DNA from: an uncultured delta proteobacterium
Lineage (GTDB): Bacteria; Desulfobacterota; Zymogenia; Zymogenales; Zymogenaceae
DNA length: 64,000 bases
Reading direction: 5' to 3'
Assembly (NCBI GenBank): GCA_963735595.1
Contig: CAVTLK010000005.1
Location: 704,001 to 768,000 of the forward strand
A program made the translations under genes and the position numbers. The notes beneath the pieces were generated by a model that saw only the letters and a list, made by a program, of their open reading frames with translations, ran no database searches and was not told where the DNA came from. This document shows positions 1 through 10,118 of this stretch, one piece after another (the first letter of the stretch is position 1; every line of letters starts with the position of its first letter).

Positions 1-2
1 AC

Positions 3-404
3 GGGATCGCCGACGGATCGAAAGACGCCTCGGTAAACTTCACCGCGACGCTCGTGACCCGTATCTCCGCGGAGATCAAGACGCTGGCCCTGGCGATGGG
101 GGCCGACCCCGAGACCTTCGATACGGAGGGCCAGGCGTGGATGGCCGATTTTTTGGCGACCGCGCGGGGCGGGAGGAACAGCGAGTTCGGCAAGGCCCTC
201 GTCCGCTGGCCGGTCCCGATCGCGCTGAGGTTTTTCAAGGACGCCAAGAAAAACATCGAGGGCTACGCGGCGACGAAGGCCGCTATGGAGCTGGCGGAGC
301 GATACCGGGTGGAGCTTCCGATCGTCGAAGCGCTCTATGATATCCTCTATGAAATGGGAGAGGCCGACCCCCGCCGGTTCATACGGCGGCCGGATAACCG
401 GTGA
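3..404 (+). CDS. gpsA: NAD(P)H-dependent glycerol-3-phosphate dehydrogenase, C-terminal part (5' truncated by window)
   Basis: GIADG...LALAMGADPETF...LAT..GGRN..FG...IEGY.AT..A.ELA....VELPIVEALY pattern of the GpsA C-terminal domain. Confidence 0.75.
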   Translation, partial: GIADGSKDASVNFTATLVTRISAEIKTLALAMGADPETFDTEGQAWMADFLATARGGRNSEFGKALVRWPVPIALRFFKDAKKNIEGYAATKAAMELAERYRVELPIVEALYDILYEMGEADPRRFIRRPDNR

Positions 405-541
405 GTGCCCGCGGTCGGCGGGGCCAAACGTGATTGGCCGCGCACGACCCGCATTCTCGATAAACCCCGGCAAAATCTAAAAATCCTTTATGGCCGTCCG
501 GAAGTATGCTATACTGAAACCTTTATGCTTCCGGAGTCGTT

Positions 542-1918
542 ATGAAGAGCTTCTTTTGCCCCGAATCCATCGCCGTGGTCGGCGCTACCCCCAACAGGAT
601 AAAGGGCGGCTATCACATCTACAACAACCTGGCCACCTACTATACGAAGGGCGCCGTGTATCCCGTAAATCCCAATTACGGGGATATCGACGGGAAAACG
701 GTCTATAAGACGCTCTCGGACCTGCCCGAGCGGCCGGAGCTCGTTATTGTTTTCACGCCGTCGGCGACCATTCCCGGGTTGATCGAGGAGGCGGCACGCC
801 TCGGAATTAAACGGGTCCAGATACAGGCCGCGGGATTTGCGGAGGTGGGGGCCGACGGGGCCCTTCGGGCCGAGGCGGTCATGAAGATCGCCCGGGAGCA
901 CGGCATACGGGTCTGGGGGCCCAACTGCACGGGCTCGGTAAGCGCGCGGGACTTCTTTTTTTCTCCCTTCATGCCCGCGCCCGATCTCAAGAAAGTCCTC
1001 ATCCCGGGTCCCGTCTCCATCATCGCCCAGAGCGGCATGATGGCGGGCGGCTTCCTGCTGCAGGTGCTGGACGGCGGCTACTTCGGCATAGACAAGGTGG
1101 CGGCCATCGGCAACAAGATGGATATCGACGAGGTCGATATCATCCAGTACCTTGCGGGTGAACAGCATACCCGCATCATCCTGATGTACCTGGAGGGGAT
1201 CGCCCGGGGGCGGCTGTTTATGGACGTCGCCCGTTCGCTCTCGGGAAAGAAGTCACTGGTCGTCCTCAAGGGGGGAAGGAGCGCGGGGGGAAGGCGGGCG
1301 GCCCTCTCCCATACCGGGACGCTTGCCGGCAGCGACGACGTGGTTACGGGCGCGCTGGCCCAGGCGGGCGTCATCAGGGTCACTGATTTTATCGAGCTTA
1401 TCAACGTCGGCAAGGCGCTGGCGACGCTGCCTTCCGCGCGGGGCGGCGCGAATATCGCACTGATCACGGTCTCCGGCGGGGGAGGCATCGTGGCGGCGGA
1501 CCTGATCAACGATCACGGGCTGAAGCTTGCCGATCTCACCGAAAAGACCATCCAGCGGCTTACGCCGATCTTCCCGGCATGGATGCCGCCGAAAAACCCG
1601 GTGGATATCTGGCCGACGATGGAACTTAGGGGAATAAACGAGGCGCTCCAGATGGTCATCCCGATCGTCCTCGAGGACGAAAACGTAGACGCGGCCGTTA
1701 TCCTCCCGTTTGCGTCCCCGATCAGCGAGCGAATGGATATCGAGCCGATCAGGCGCGCCGTCCAGGAAACGAAAAAACCGGTCGTGTCCTGGCTCTTCGG
1801 CTTTATCCCGAGTTTCGAACCGTTCACGCGCCTGATGCGTGAGGCGGGAATACCGGTCTACCTCGAACTTTCCCAGGCGGCGCGCGTCCTTGCGGGCCTG
1901 AGGCAGATATCGGCTTAG
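542..1918 (+). CDS. CoA-binding protein / ADP-forming acyl-CoA synthetase alpha-like subunit
   Basis: FFCPESIAVVGAT, VYPVNP, GPNC, SQSG-like AQSG, LKGGRS..G..AA.SHTG, SGGGG, NPVD motifs. Confidence 0.85.
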   Translation: MKSFFCPESIAVVGATPNRIKGGYHIYNNLATYYTKGAVYPVNPNYGDIDGKTVYKTLSDLPERPELVIVFTPSATIPGLIEEAARLGIKRVQIQAAGFAEVGADGALRAEAVMKIAREHGIRVWGPNCTGSVSARDFFFSPFMPAPDLKKVLIPGPVSIIAQSGMMAGGFLLQVLDGGYFGIDKVAAIGNKMDIDEVDIIQYLAGEQHTRIILMYLEGIARGRLFMDVARSLSGKKSLVVLKGGRSAGGRRAALSHTGTLAGSDDVVTGALAQAGVIRVTDFIELINVGKALATLPSARGGANIALITVSGGGGIVAADLINDHGLKLADLTEKTIQRLTPIFPAWMPPKNPVDIWPTMELRGINEALQMVIPIVLEDENVDAAVILPFASPISERMDIEPIRRAVQETKKPVVSWLFGFIPSFEPFTRLMREAGIPVYLELSQAARVLAGLRQISA

Positions 1919-1976
1919 GCCGCCGTCAGCCGCGCGGCGGGCGCGTGATTATGAAACGGTGCGGCCGGATTACACA

Positions 1977-3191
1977 ATGGGCATCCTGAGATTTACCCTC
2001 ATAGCGGTCCTGCTGGTCCTGCTCATCAAGAGGAAGCTCGACCTCGGGCTTTCACTGGTGATCGCGGCGGTGGCGCTGGGGCTCATGTACGCCATGGACG
2101 TCGGCGAGCTTGCGCTTGTCTGCCTGCGGTCGACGGCCAACCTCGTGGCGGCCGAGATCCTCGTCGCGGTCCTCATGATCGTCTTCCTCTCGGAGCTGAT
2201 GAAGCAAAAAGGCCGGATCAAGACCATGGTGGATTCGCTCCGGCGGCTCCTGGGCGACCCGCGGGGGGTAGTGGTGCTGGTCCCCGCGATTATCGGCTTT
2301 CTGCCGATTATCGGCGGGGCGATGATATCGGCGCCGATGGTCGAAGAGGCCTCCGACGAGCTGGGCCTCTCGCCGGAAAAGAAGACGTTTCTCAACTACT
2401 GGTTTCGCCACCTCTGGGAATATATCTTTCCCACCTACCCGGGCGTGATACTGTCCGCGGCAATCCTCGGCGTGGGGCTTTCCACGATCGCCGCGGCAAA
2501 CTTCCCGCTGACGCTTGCCGCCGCAGCCGCGGGCCTCTTCTTCGGGCTGCGGGGGGTGGCCTATCACGGGGACCGGAAACGGCGCATCTCCCGCAAGCTC
2601 GTTTTCGATTTTACTATCAGTGCCCTGCCGCTCATCGTCGTGATCGTGGCGGTGCTCGTGTTCAACACGGACCTGGGCCTCACGCTTATCCTGGTTTTCC
2701 TGGTCTGTATGCTCATCTACCGGGCCAAGCCCAGGGAGGTCGGCCGGATCGTCAGGGAAAACTTCTCGTTTGCCTACGTATCCATCGTCGCGGGAATCCT
2801 TGCGTTCAAGGGGGTGCTGGAGGCGACGGGGGCCGCCGCCGAGATCGCCGGGAACCTCACCTCGCTGGGCATCCCCCCGTTTTTCGTCCTCATCATCCTG
2901 CCGTTTGTCATCGCCATGTCCACGGGCATGACGATGGCATACGTCGGCATCACCTTTCCGATCCTGCTGACCTACTTTACCACGGGCGACTTCCCGATGA
3001 TCGCCTTCATGCTGGCGTACGCCGGGGGGTACGCCGGCATCATGCTGTCGCCGGTGCACCTGTGCCTCGTGCTGACGGCGCGCTACTACCGGGCCCAGCT
3101 TTCCGGGATCTATCGATTGCTGTGGCTGCCGGTCCTGTTCGTGCTCGCGGTGGCCGCGGCGGCCTATCTTGTCGCCAATTTACTCCTCTAA
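1977..3191 (+). CDS. DUF401-family multi-pass membrane protein (putative transporter)
   Basis: Many TM helices; GGAMISAP, NYWFRHLWEY, SPVHLCL motifs. Confidence 0.75.
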   Translation: MGILRFTLIAVLLVLLIKRKLDLGLSLVIAAVALGLMYAMDVGELALVCLRSTANLVAAEILVAVLMIVFLSELMKQKGRIKTMVDSLRRLLGDPRGVVVLVPAIIGFLPIIGGAMISAPMVEEASDELGLSPEKKTFLNYWFRHLWEYIFPTYPGVILSAAILGVGLSTIAAANFPLTLAAAAAGLFFGLRGVAYHGDRKRRISRKLVFDFTISALPLIVVIVAVLVFNTDLGLTLILVFLVCMLIYRAKPREVGRIVRENFSFAYVSIVAGILAFKGVLEATGAAAEIAGNLTSLGIPPFFVLIILPFVIAMSTGMTMAYVGITFPILLTYFTTGDFPMIAFMLAYAGGYAGIMLSPVHLCLVLTARYYRAQLSGIYRLLWLPVLFVLAVAAAAYLVANLLL

Positions 3192-3300
3192 TTGATACTC
3201 CGGGTCATGTCTTTTGCATTCTATTGCGATGTAATATCACGTTAGTAGTATATTCACCGGTGGAACGGTGGGCGGCGATACCCGGCCGTGTACGGCGGCG

Positions 3301-3394
3301 CGTGAGTCATATCACACAATGATCATATTTATGTATGATATGAAAGAAAGTGTGACGGGGAATGCAAAAATGGTACGAGAACCGGTAGTATAAA
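3301..3394 (+). promoter_or_regulatory. Tandem CRP/FNR-type boxes and promoter (copy 1)
   Basis: cGTGA-N6-TCACA (3301-3316) and TGTGA-N6-ATGCA (3351-3366), then TAGTATAAA; same layout at 4147-4238. Confidence 0.55.
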
Positions 3395-3452
3395 GAAACC
3401 ATGATGAAATTCAAAAAGTAATTCGAAGGGATTTCTTCGGGAGGAGGGTGTC

Positions 3453-4125
3453 ATGAAAAAGAGTATATTTTTTGTCGCGATCATAGCGGTCATGATCATT
3501 GGCCGTGGCGGCGATGGCGGCGTCGCCGGTGGTCAAGGTCAGGGTGGTCAACGTCACCGAGCTCGGGATGGACGAGGTCTCCACCCCCGAGGGCCTCGTG
3601 AAGACGGCCACGATGTCGATCGCGGAGAACGCGAACGTCTTCCCGGCGGTCGAGACGATGGTGCTGAGGGTCGGCAAGGACCAGGCCAAGTACACGCCCG
3701 ACGTCACGCTGCCGGCCGGCGCGCTGAGCTTTTCCGGGAGCCTCGCCGAGGAGCAGATGATGGAGTTCATCTCCCTGCCCAATTCCGAGGGGGCCGGCAA
3801 GTTTGACGGCGTGATCGTGTCCCGCGACGGGAAGATCACCTACCTCGACGATCCGATCGTCATCGACTACAAGGAGCGGTCCATCGTCACCCCGAAGACG
3901 CTGGCCGTCAAGGACGGGGACGTGCTGCTGCTCTTCGCAAAGGACTCGGAGCCGATCCCGTTCGGCCACGATAAGCCGGAACAGGAAGGCGGCTACGATC
4001 CCCAAGATCCCGACCGGTCGACAGAATCCCTGATAGAAGTAACGCCTCGGCTAGAATTACCGATTCGTGACTCGGACGACGAGCGCCCCTCTCGAGAGAG
4101 GGGCGCTGTTTTGCGGGGTACGTAA
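3453..4125 (+). CDS. Secreted hypothetical protein, paralog 1 (one-base insertion near 3493)
   Basis: Signal peptide [13 protein letters not shown] joins the 3499 ORF after removing one base; closely similar to the 4298 copy. Confidence 0.7.
4082..4112 (+). terminator. Intrinsic terminator
   Basis: AGCGCCCCTC/GAGGGGCGCT stem followed by GTTTT. Confidence 0.6.
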
Positions 4126-4146
4126 TGCTCAACTACCGACCGGCCG

Positions 4147-4238
4147 GGTGAGTCATGTCACACAATGGGTATTTTCGCGCACGATATGAAAAAAAGTGTG
4201 ACGCCGGACGCACAAATCAGATAGAATAGGCAGTATAA
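4147..4238 (+). promoter_or_regulatory. Tandem CRP/FNR-type boxes and promoter (copy 2)
   Basis: gGTGA-N6-TCACA (4147-4162) and TGTGA-N6-ACGCA (4197-4212); 50-bp spacing identical to copy 1. Confidence 0.55.
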
Positions 4239-4297
4239 AGGGTTCATGCTGATTTTTTGACTAACAGGAAAGAAATTTCCTCAGGGAGGAGGGTGTC

Positions 4298-4989
4298 ATG
4301 AAAAAGAGTATATTCTTTGTCGCGATCATAGCGGTCTTATCATTGGCCGTGGCGGCGATGGCGGCATCGCCGGTGGTCAAGGTGCGCGTGGTCAACGTGG
4401 ACGTGCTCGGCGAGGACGCGGTGTCGAGCGATGAAGGCCTCGTGAAGACGGCCACCATGTCGATCGCGGAAAACGCGAAGGTATTTCCGTCGATCGAGAT
4501 CGATGGTGCTGAGGGTCGGCAAGGACCAGGCCAAGTACACGCCGGACGTGACGCTGCCGGCCGGCGCGCTGAGCTTTTCCGGCAGCACTCAGCGAGGCGG
4601 AGCTGCTGGAGTTCATCTCCATCCCCAACCCGGATGGGGCCGGCAAGTTTGACGGCGCGGTGGTTTCCCGCGACGGGAAGATCACCTACCTCGACGATCC
4701 GATCGTCATCGACTACAAGCTGCGGACCATCACCACCCCCGGATCGCTGGCGGTGGGCGACGGGGACGTCCTGCTGCTCTTCACGAAGAACGCAGAGAAG
4801 ATCCCGTTCGGGCATGAAAGCGGAGTGGTGGCTGACTACTACACTCCCAACAACCCCACCGACGGGAAGAATCCGACCCACGGAGGAAAAGGCCGACGGC
4901 AGGACCTTAGGCAGCCCGCACCGGATATTACCGCTTACCGGACAAGTGATAACTCCCCCTCTCCACGGAGAGGGGGAGTTTTTTTATAA
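4298..4989 (+). CDS. Secreted hypothetical protein, paralog 2 (insertions near 4500 and 4587; true stop uncertain)
   Basis: Colinear with paralog 1 ([11 protein letters not shown]...[19 protein letters not shown]...PFGH). Confidence 0.7.
4951..4985. terminator. Intrinsic terminator between convergent genes
   Basis: AACTCCCCCTCTCC/GGAGAGGGGGAGTT stem followed by a T-run. Confidence 0.75.
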
Positions 4990-5018
4990 AAGCGGTAGGC
5001 ACCAGGAATCCGCGAGCT

Positions 5019-6481
5019 TTAGAGCCGGACGATCCGCCGGCCGTTTACGCGCGCCGTATACTTCCCCTTGCCCCCGATATAGGCGACCGCCCTCTCGATC
5101 CGCCGGATCACCCGGTCCCTCCCGATCACCTCGATGACCTCGAATATCCCGGGGCTGACGGTCTTCCCGGTGAGCGCCACCCTCAGCGGCTGGGCGAGCT
5201 TCGCGAGCGTCAGCCCGAGCCCCTCCAGCACGTCGGTAAACGCCGCCTCGATGGCGGCATAGCTCCCACGGATCGAGCGTCCCGAACCGCTCGGCCAGCG
5301 CCGCAAAGGGGCGCTCGACGTCCTGCGTCAGGAATTTCTCGGCGGCCTTCGGGTCGTACTCGATCTCGTCGGCAAAGTAGAACGCCCCCATCTCGGCCAT
5401 CTCCACCAGCGTCTTTGACCGCTCTTTGAGGGTCGCGGCGGCACGGGACACCTGCCCGGCGTCCGGCCGGCCCCATCCGCGGGACTCGACGAAGGGGAGC
5501 AGGCGCTCGGCAAGGGCTTTCGGGTCGGATTCCTTGATATAGTGGGCGTTGAGCCACTCGAGCTTTTCGGGGTTGAAGACGCCGGCCGATTTACCCACGT
5601 CGGCAATGTCGAACTTTTCGATGAGCTCGGCCATAGAGAATATCTCCTGGTCCCCGTGGCTCCAGCCCAGCCGGGCCAGGTAGTTGACCATCGCCTCGGG
5701 CAGGTAGCCCTCGGTGATGTACTCGGTCATCGACTTTGCCCCGTGGCGCTTGGAGAGCCGGGAGCGGTCGGGCCCGAGCATGAGGGGGACGTGGGCGAAG
5801 GCGGGCACCGGGTAGCCGAGGGCCTCGAATACCTGGATCTGGCGGGGCGTGTTGTTGACGTGGTCGTCGCCCCGTATGACGTGGGTGACGCGCCATGTCC
5901 ATATCGTCCACGACGACGGTGAGGTTGTAGGTCGGGGAGCCGTCGGAGCGGCGGATGATCAGGTCGTCCAGCTCCTTGTTCTCGAAGACGATACGCCCCT
6001 TGATGAGGTCGTTGAACTCGGTGACACCGTCCTGAAGAGAGCGGAAGCGGACCACGAAGGGCTCGTCCCGGGCGGGCAGGTCCCTGTCCCGGCAGGTGCC
6101 GTCGTACATCGGCTTTTCCTTGCGCTCCTCGGCGCGCTTGCGCTTTTCCTCGAGCAGCTCGCTGCTGCAGTAGCAGCGGTAGGCCTTCTTTTCGGCCACG
6201 AGCCGGTCGACGGCCGCGTGGTACAGGCCGTCGCGCTTGCTCTGAAACTCCGGGCCCTCGTCCCACGTTAACCCCAGCCAGGTCATGCTTGCCAGGATCG
6301 CCTCGGTATATTCGTCGCGCGACCGCTCCCGGTCGGTATCCTCGATCCTGAGGATGAAAACGCCCCCGGTGTGCCGGGCGTAGAGGTAGTTGAAGAGGGC
6401 GGTCCGGGCGCCGCCGATGTGCAGGTGGCCGGTTGGGCTCGGGGCGAACCGGACGCGTACGGGAGATTGTCTGTCTTTCAC
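5019..6481 (-). CDS. gltX: Glutamate--tRNA ligase (frameshifts near 5893 and 5262, probably sequencing errors)
   Basis: [26 protein letters not shown] and [11 protein letters not shown] motifs spread over three frames. Confidence 0.95.
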
Positions 6482-6636
6482 CGCTCATTCCTTCCAGAAT
6501 ATAGACGGGGCCGCCGTGGGGCCCCGGATTCCAATAGCACGTATCGTCTCATGATACGTATCATACCGCGCCCGTTTTGTCAACGCCAACGCCAACGCCA
6601 TTGCCAAGGTTTATCGCCGCCTTCACTTTTCCGCCC

Positions 6637-6674
6637 TCATATTCTTCATAGCGTCCGCTATTACCCGGTAGAAT
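6637..6674 (+). promoter_or_regulatory. Putative late promoter of the packaging module
   Basis: TCATATTCTTCATAG-17bp-TAGAAT; same architecture at 28812 and 33789. Confidence 0.7.
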
Positions 6675-6702
6675 CGGACGTACAGATGTGGAGGTACGGA
6701 CT

Positions 6703-6933
6703 ATGTATAAAGGGGACACCTTTTTTGCGGAGCGTAATTTCGCGGTGGATTACGAGCGGGCGCTGATGGATATGCCCGACATGGAGCTCTGGATATGGCT
6801 GATGCACCGGCGGGGATACTCCCAGGGGTACATCGGCGACAGCATCGGCGTTACCCAGTCGGACGTGGCCTATCGAATCGACCGGATACAGGACTATATA
6901 AAGCGACGGGTGAATGAAGAAGAAATGCACTGA
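6703..6933 (+). CDS. Small sigma-70 region-4-like HTH protein (paralog of 24812-25066)
   Basis: GGAGG RBS; YERALMDMPD.ELWIWLMHRRGYSQ.YIG..IGVTQS.VAYRI.RI HTH pattern. Confidence 0.75.
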   Translation: MYKGDTFFAERNFAVDYERALMDMPDMELWIWLMHRRGYSQGYIGDSIGVTQSDVAYRIDRIQDYIKRRVNEEEMH

Positions 6934-7172
6934 AGAGGGGACCGGGGCCGCCCCGCCCGACGGCGGCGTCTCCCGCCGGTGACGGGGATGCCGCCGGCGC
7001 GGGGGGCGCTGACGCGGTCTTTCGGGACATCGTCAAAAAGGCCGGGGAGGGAAACATCAAGTACCAGGAGCTTTATCTCAAGTATATCGACCTCATTTCG
7101 GAAAGAAGGGACAACAAAGACGAAGTGGTTTACAAGGCGACCTTTATCGATGACGAAGATCAAGAGGCTTAA
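6914..7172 (+). CDS. Putative terminase small subunit (one frameshift, absent from the ORF track)
   Basis: Frame 3 reads DAVFRDIVKKAGEGNIKYQELYLKYIDLISERRDNKDEVVYKATFIDDEDQEA*; overlaps the TerL start; upstream ATG at 6914 is in another frame. Confidence 0.5.
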
Positions 7173-8373
7173 GCTGTACCGCCCCCACGCGGGCCAGAAG
7201 GCCCTGCACGAATCGGACGCCCGTTTCAGGGTGGCCGCGTGCGGCAGGAGGTGGGGAAAGACGCTGGCCGCCACGGCGGAGATGATCAGGCACGCCTGGG
7301 AAAGGCCGGGCTCTCTCTCGTTTTGGGTGGCGCCGGTGCTGCGCCAGAGCGCGATCGCCTTTGACCTGGTGAGGCGGGGGATGCCGCGGGGGACGGTGGC
7401 CGATATCCACAAGACCGACCGGAGGGTCGGCCTCGTCAACGGCTCGGTGCTCGAGTTCAGGAGCGCCGAGATCCCGGAAAACCTGCGGGGGTTCGGCATC
7501 GACTTCCTGGTGGTGGACGAGGCGGCCTTTCTCTCGAAGGACCTCTGGGAGGAGGTCCTGAGGCCGGCGCTTTCGGACCGGCAGGGCAAGGCGCTCTTTG
7601 TGGGCACGCCCAAGGGGAAGAACTGGTTTTTCCGCCTCTTTTCCCGTGGGATGGACAGCGAGCAGGCGGGCTGGCAGTCCTTCACCTTTCCCACCGAAAA
7701 TAACCCGTACATACGCCCGGAAGAGATCGAAGACGCGCGGCGGACCCTGCCCGAGGCGGTCTTCGCCCAGGAGTACCTGGCCCGCTTTGTCGACGACGGG
7801 GCGGGCGTCTTCTCGGGGGTCAACGACATCATCACGGGGAAACTGGCCGACCCGCTGCCCGGCGGACGGTATACGGCTGGACTGGATATCGGCAGGCACC
7901 GGGACTACACGGTGCTGACGATTGTCGACGGCAGGGGGTCGGTCGTCTACTTTGACCGCTTTTCCGGGACGACCTGGACGGCGATGAAACGGCGGGTGGC
8001 CTCGGCAATCAGGCGGTACAACCGGGCCGTCGCCTGGGTCGATTCCACCGGCGTGGGCGATCCGATCCTCGAAGACCTGATACGAATGGGCGCGGCCTGC
8101 CGGGGTTTCCGATTCACCAACGAATCAAAGTCGGCGCTCATCGAAAACCTTGTCCTCCTGATCGACGAGCGGAAGATCGGTATCCCCCCGATACAGGAGC
8201 TTATCGATGAGCTGGTGATGTTCGAGCTGAAAAACCTCCCGGGAGGCGGCGTCTCATACGGGGCGCCGGGGGGCTTCCATGACGACTGTGTCATATCGCT
8301 GGCCCTCGCCGCGTGGGGGATCAGGGGGATCAGGGTGAGCCAGTCGGACTTTGGACAAACGCTTGGTTTTTGA
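7150..8373 (+). CDS. terL: Phage terminase large subunit
   Basis: Walker A GRRWGKT, Walker B LVVDEAA, GTPKGKNWF, nuclease GLDIG, VDSTGVG and HDDCV motifs. Confidence 0.93.
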   Translation: MTKIKRLKLYRPHAGQKALHESDARFRVAACGRRWGKTLAATAEMIRHAWERPGSLSFWVAPVLRQSAIAFDLVRRGMPRGTVADIHKTDRRVGLVNGSVLEFRSAEIPENLRGFGIDFLVVDEAAFLSKDLWEEVLRPALSDRQGKALFVGTPKGKNWFFRLFSRGMDSEQAGWQSFTFPTENNPYIRPEEIEDARRTLPEAVFAQEYLARFVDDGAGVFSGVNDIITGKLADPLPGGRYTAGLDIGRHRDYTVLTIVDGRGSVVYFDRFSGTTWTAMKRRVASAIRRYNRAVAWVDSTGVGDPILEDLIRMGAACRGFRFTNESKSALIENLVLLIDERKIGIPPIQELIDELVMFELKNLPGGGVSYGAPGGFHDDCVISLALAAWGIRGIRVSQSDFGQTLGF

Positions 8374-8387
8374 TGAAAGGAGCCGGT

Positions 8388-8588
8388 ATGGATGCCGAAG
8401 TGCGGTTTACGGACGGAGAGACGCGGTCCTTCTTAAACGTGAGGTCAATAGACGTTCGCGACGGTGCGGTCATTGTCCGGCGGTGGGTCAGGGTCGTCGC
8501 GATACTGCCGATGGATACGATCCGCTGGGCGACGCTCGTCAGGCGCCGGAAGGTCTCACAGGACGACTTTGGGAAGGCCGCCCTGTAG
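8388..8588 (+). CDS. Small phage-module hypothetical protein
   Basis: AAGGAG RBS, 66 aa between terL and portal. Confidence 0.6.
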   Translation: MDAEVRFTDGETRSFLNVRSIDVRDGAVIVRRWVRVVAILPMDTIRWATLVRRRKVSQDDFGKAAL

Positions 8589-8649
8589 GGGTTCGGGCCT
8601 TCCCGCGGTTGCGGCCGGTTTACCGGCACGGCCCGCGAAAGGGAATCAT

Positions 8650-9897
8650 ATGAACAAAAACGACATGAAGCTCTTTCTTAACTATTACGACGGCTGCCGG
8701 GAGGCGATCTTCAAAGATTTCACGGTCCGCCGGGTCGCCGAAGGTCTGCCGAAAGAGCAGCGGATATCAATCAGGGACTTCTATTTTCAAAACGACATCC
8801 GGGTCATCCAGGACACGAGGGCGAACTTTATGCCGCCGACCTTCGACGTTGTCGTGACCAGGAGGGGCGAGACCGCGCCCCACGACGGGCTGACCGGCGA
8901 GGTAACGGCGTGGCTGAAGTCCCGCAACTTCGGCGGCGGCCGCACCTTCTGGGAGGCGCTGCCCGGCTACTACCTGACACAGGAGAACTACGGCACGCTC
9001 TTTTTGAAGCTCTTCGTCAGGGGCGGGGAGGTCTGTGTGCAGAAGATGTATTCCCAGGATGTGGAAGTAATCACGGACGAGAAGAACTACCTCGAAGTCA
9101 AGAAATACGTCTTCGGGTGGGAAGAGGCGGCGACGCTGGAGGGGGGAGGCGTGAGGATGTCGGTCATGCGGGAAGAGATCGACGCGGAGGGCTTCTCCTT
9201 TTATATCGACGGAAGGCTCGTAAAGAGAGAGGCGCACGCCTTCGGCTTTATCCCGGTCGTCAAGGTCCTCCGGGAGGAATCGGAGGGGAGCCCCTACGGC
9301 CGATCGGGAATCCAGGACCTGGTCGAGGGGCAGCTGGCCGTGAACATGGCGCTGACCAAGCGGGCCTGGGCTACGAAGTATAACAGCTTTCGGGTATGGG
9401 CGCCCAAGGAATCGGGCCACGTGGCGCCGGGCACGACCATCACGGTATCGCCTGGGGCGCTTTCGCCGATCCCCCTGGAGGCGGTGGGGGGCGACGTTGA
9501 CCTCTCGGCGGTGGAGCGCGAGCTCGAGGACGCGCTGGACCATCTCTACCGGATGGGATGCGTACCCCGAAAGCTCAGGGAGGAGATCGCCTCGTCGGCC
9601 ACGTCGGCAAAGGCGCTCAACACGCTGCTCGAGGGCCTCAAGCGGTACACCGAAAAAAAGCTGGTCTATCTGCGGAAAGGATTCGAAGAGCTGATAGAGA
9701 AGTCCCTTGCGGTCAGGTTCGGCACCGGCATCTTCGTGGCGACGGTATCGTTTCCGTCTCTCTCCGGCGAGGACCCCCAGCACGTGATGGCGCGGGCGCA
9801 GTTCCTGGCCGACCGGGGGTTTATGACCGAGGCGCTCAAGGAGCTCGGCTATGACGAACAGATGGTGGAGAAGATGAAGGGGAGCCAAGGCCCCTGA
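8650..9897 (+). CDS. Phage portal protein (SPP1 gp6-like)
   Basis: About 415 aa after terL; H.FGFIPVV...PYGRS.IQDL..Q.A.N motif. Confidence 0.8.
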   Translation: MNKNDMKLFLNYYDGCREAIFKDFTVRRVAEGLPKEQRISIRDFYFQNDIRVIQDTRANFMPPTFDVVVTRRGETAPHDGLTGEVTAWLKSRNFGGGRTFWEALPGYYLTQENYGTLFLKLFVRGGEVCVQKMYSQDVEVITDEKNYLEVKKYVFGWEEAATLEGGGVRMSVMREEIDAEGFSFYIDGRLVKREAHAFGFIPVVKVLREESEGSPYGRSGIQDLVEGQLAVNMALTKRAWATKYNSFRVWAPKESGHVAPGTTITVSPGALSPIPLEAVGGDVDLSAVERELEDALDHLYRMGCVPRKLREEIASSATSAKALNTLLEGLKRYTEKKLVYLRKGFEELIEKSLAVRFGTGIFVATVSFPSLSGEDPQHVMARAQFLADRGFMTEALKELGYDEQMVEKMKGSQGP

Positions 9898-10118
9898 TCC
9901 AAAGGCTGGAATTGCGGCCGGCAGTCAGCGGCCGGGCCGCGGGCGGTCCGGCGAAGCGACGGGGCCGCCGTCCCATAGGGGGCGGCGGCCCCGTCGTATT
10001 TAAAACGCGGTACGTGCGATTATGGCACCCTGCTGCGGCCTCTCCAATCGCTTCTGAAATTCCGTTGACATATCGCCTGTTTCTGATATTCTTAATAACA
10101 ATAACTATCGGTGATCCG

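Noticed and set aside
5019..6481. gltX pseudogene or programmed frameshift
   Set aside because: Normally essential gene, no slippery motif, and the same insertion pattern occurs across the window.
10084..10100. TGATATTCTTAATAA resembling the late motif
   Set aside because: No -10 at the required spacing; better explained as the -10 of a TTGACA-16-TATTCT promoter.
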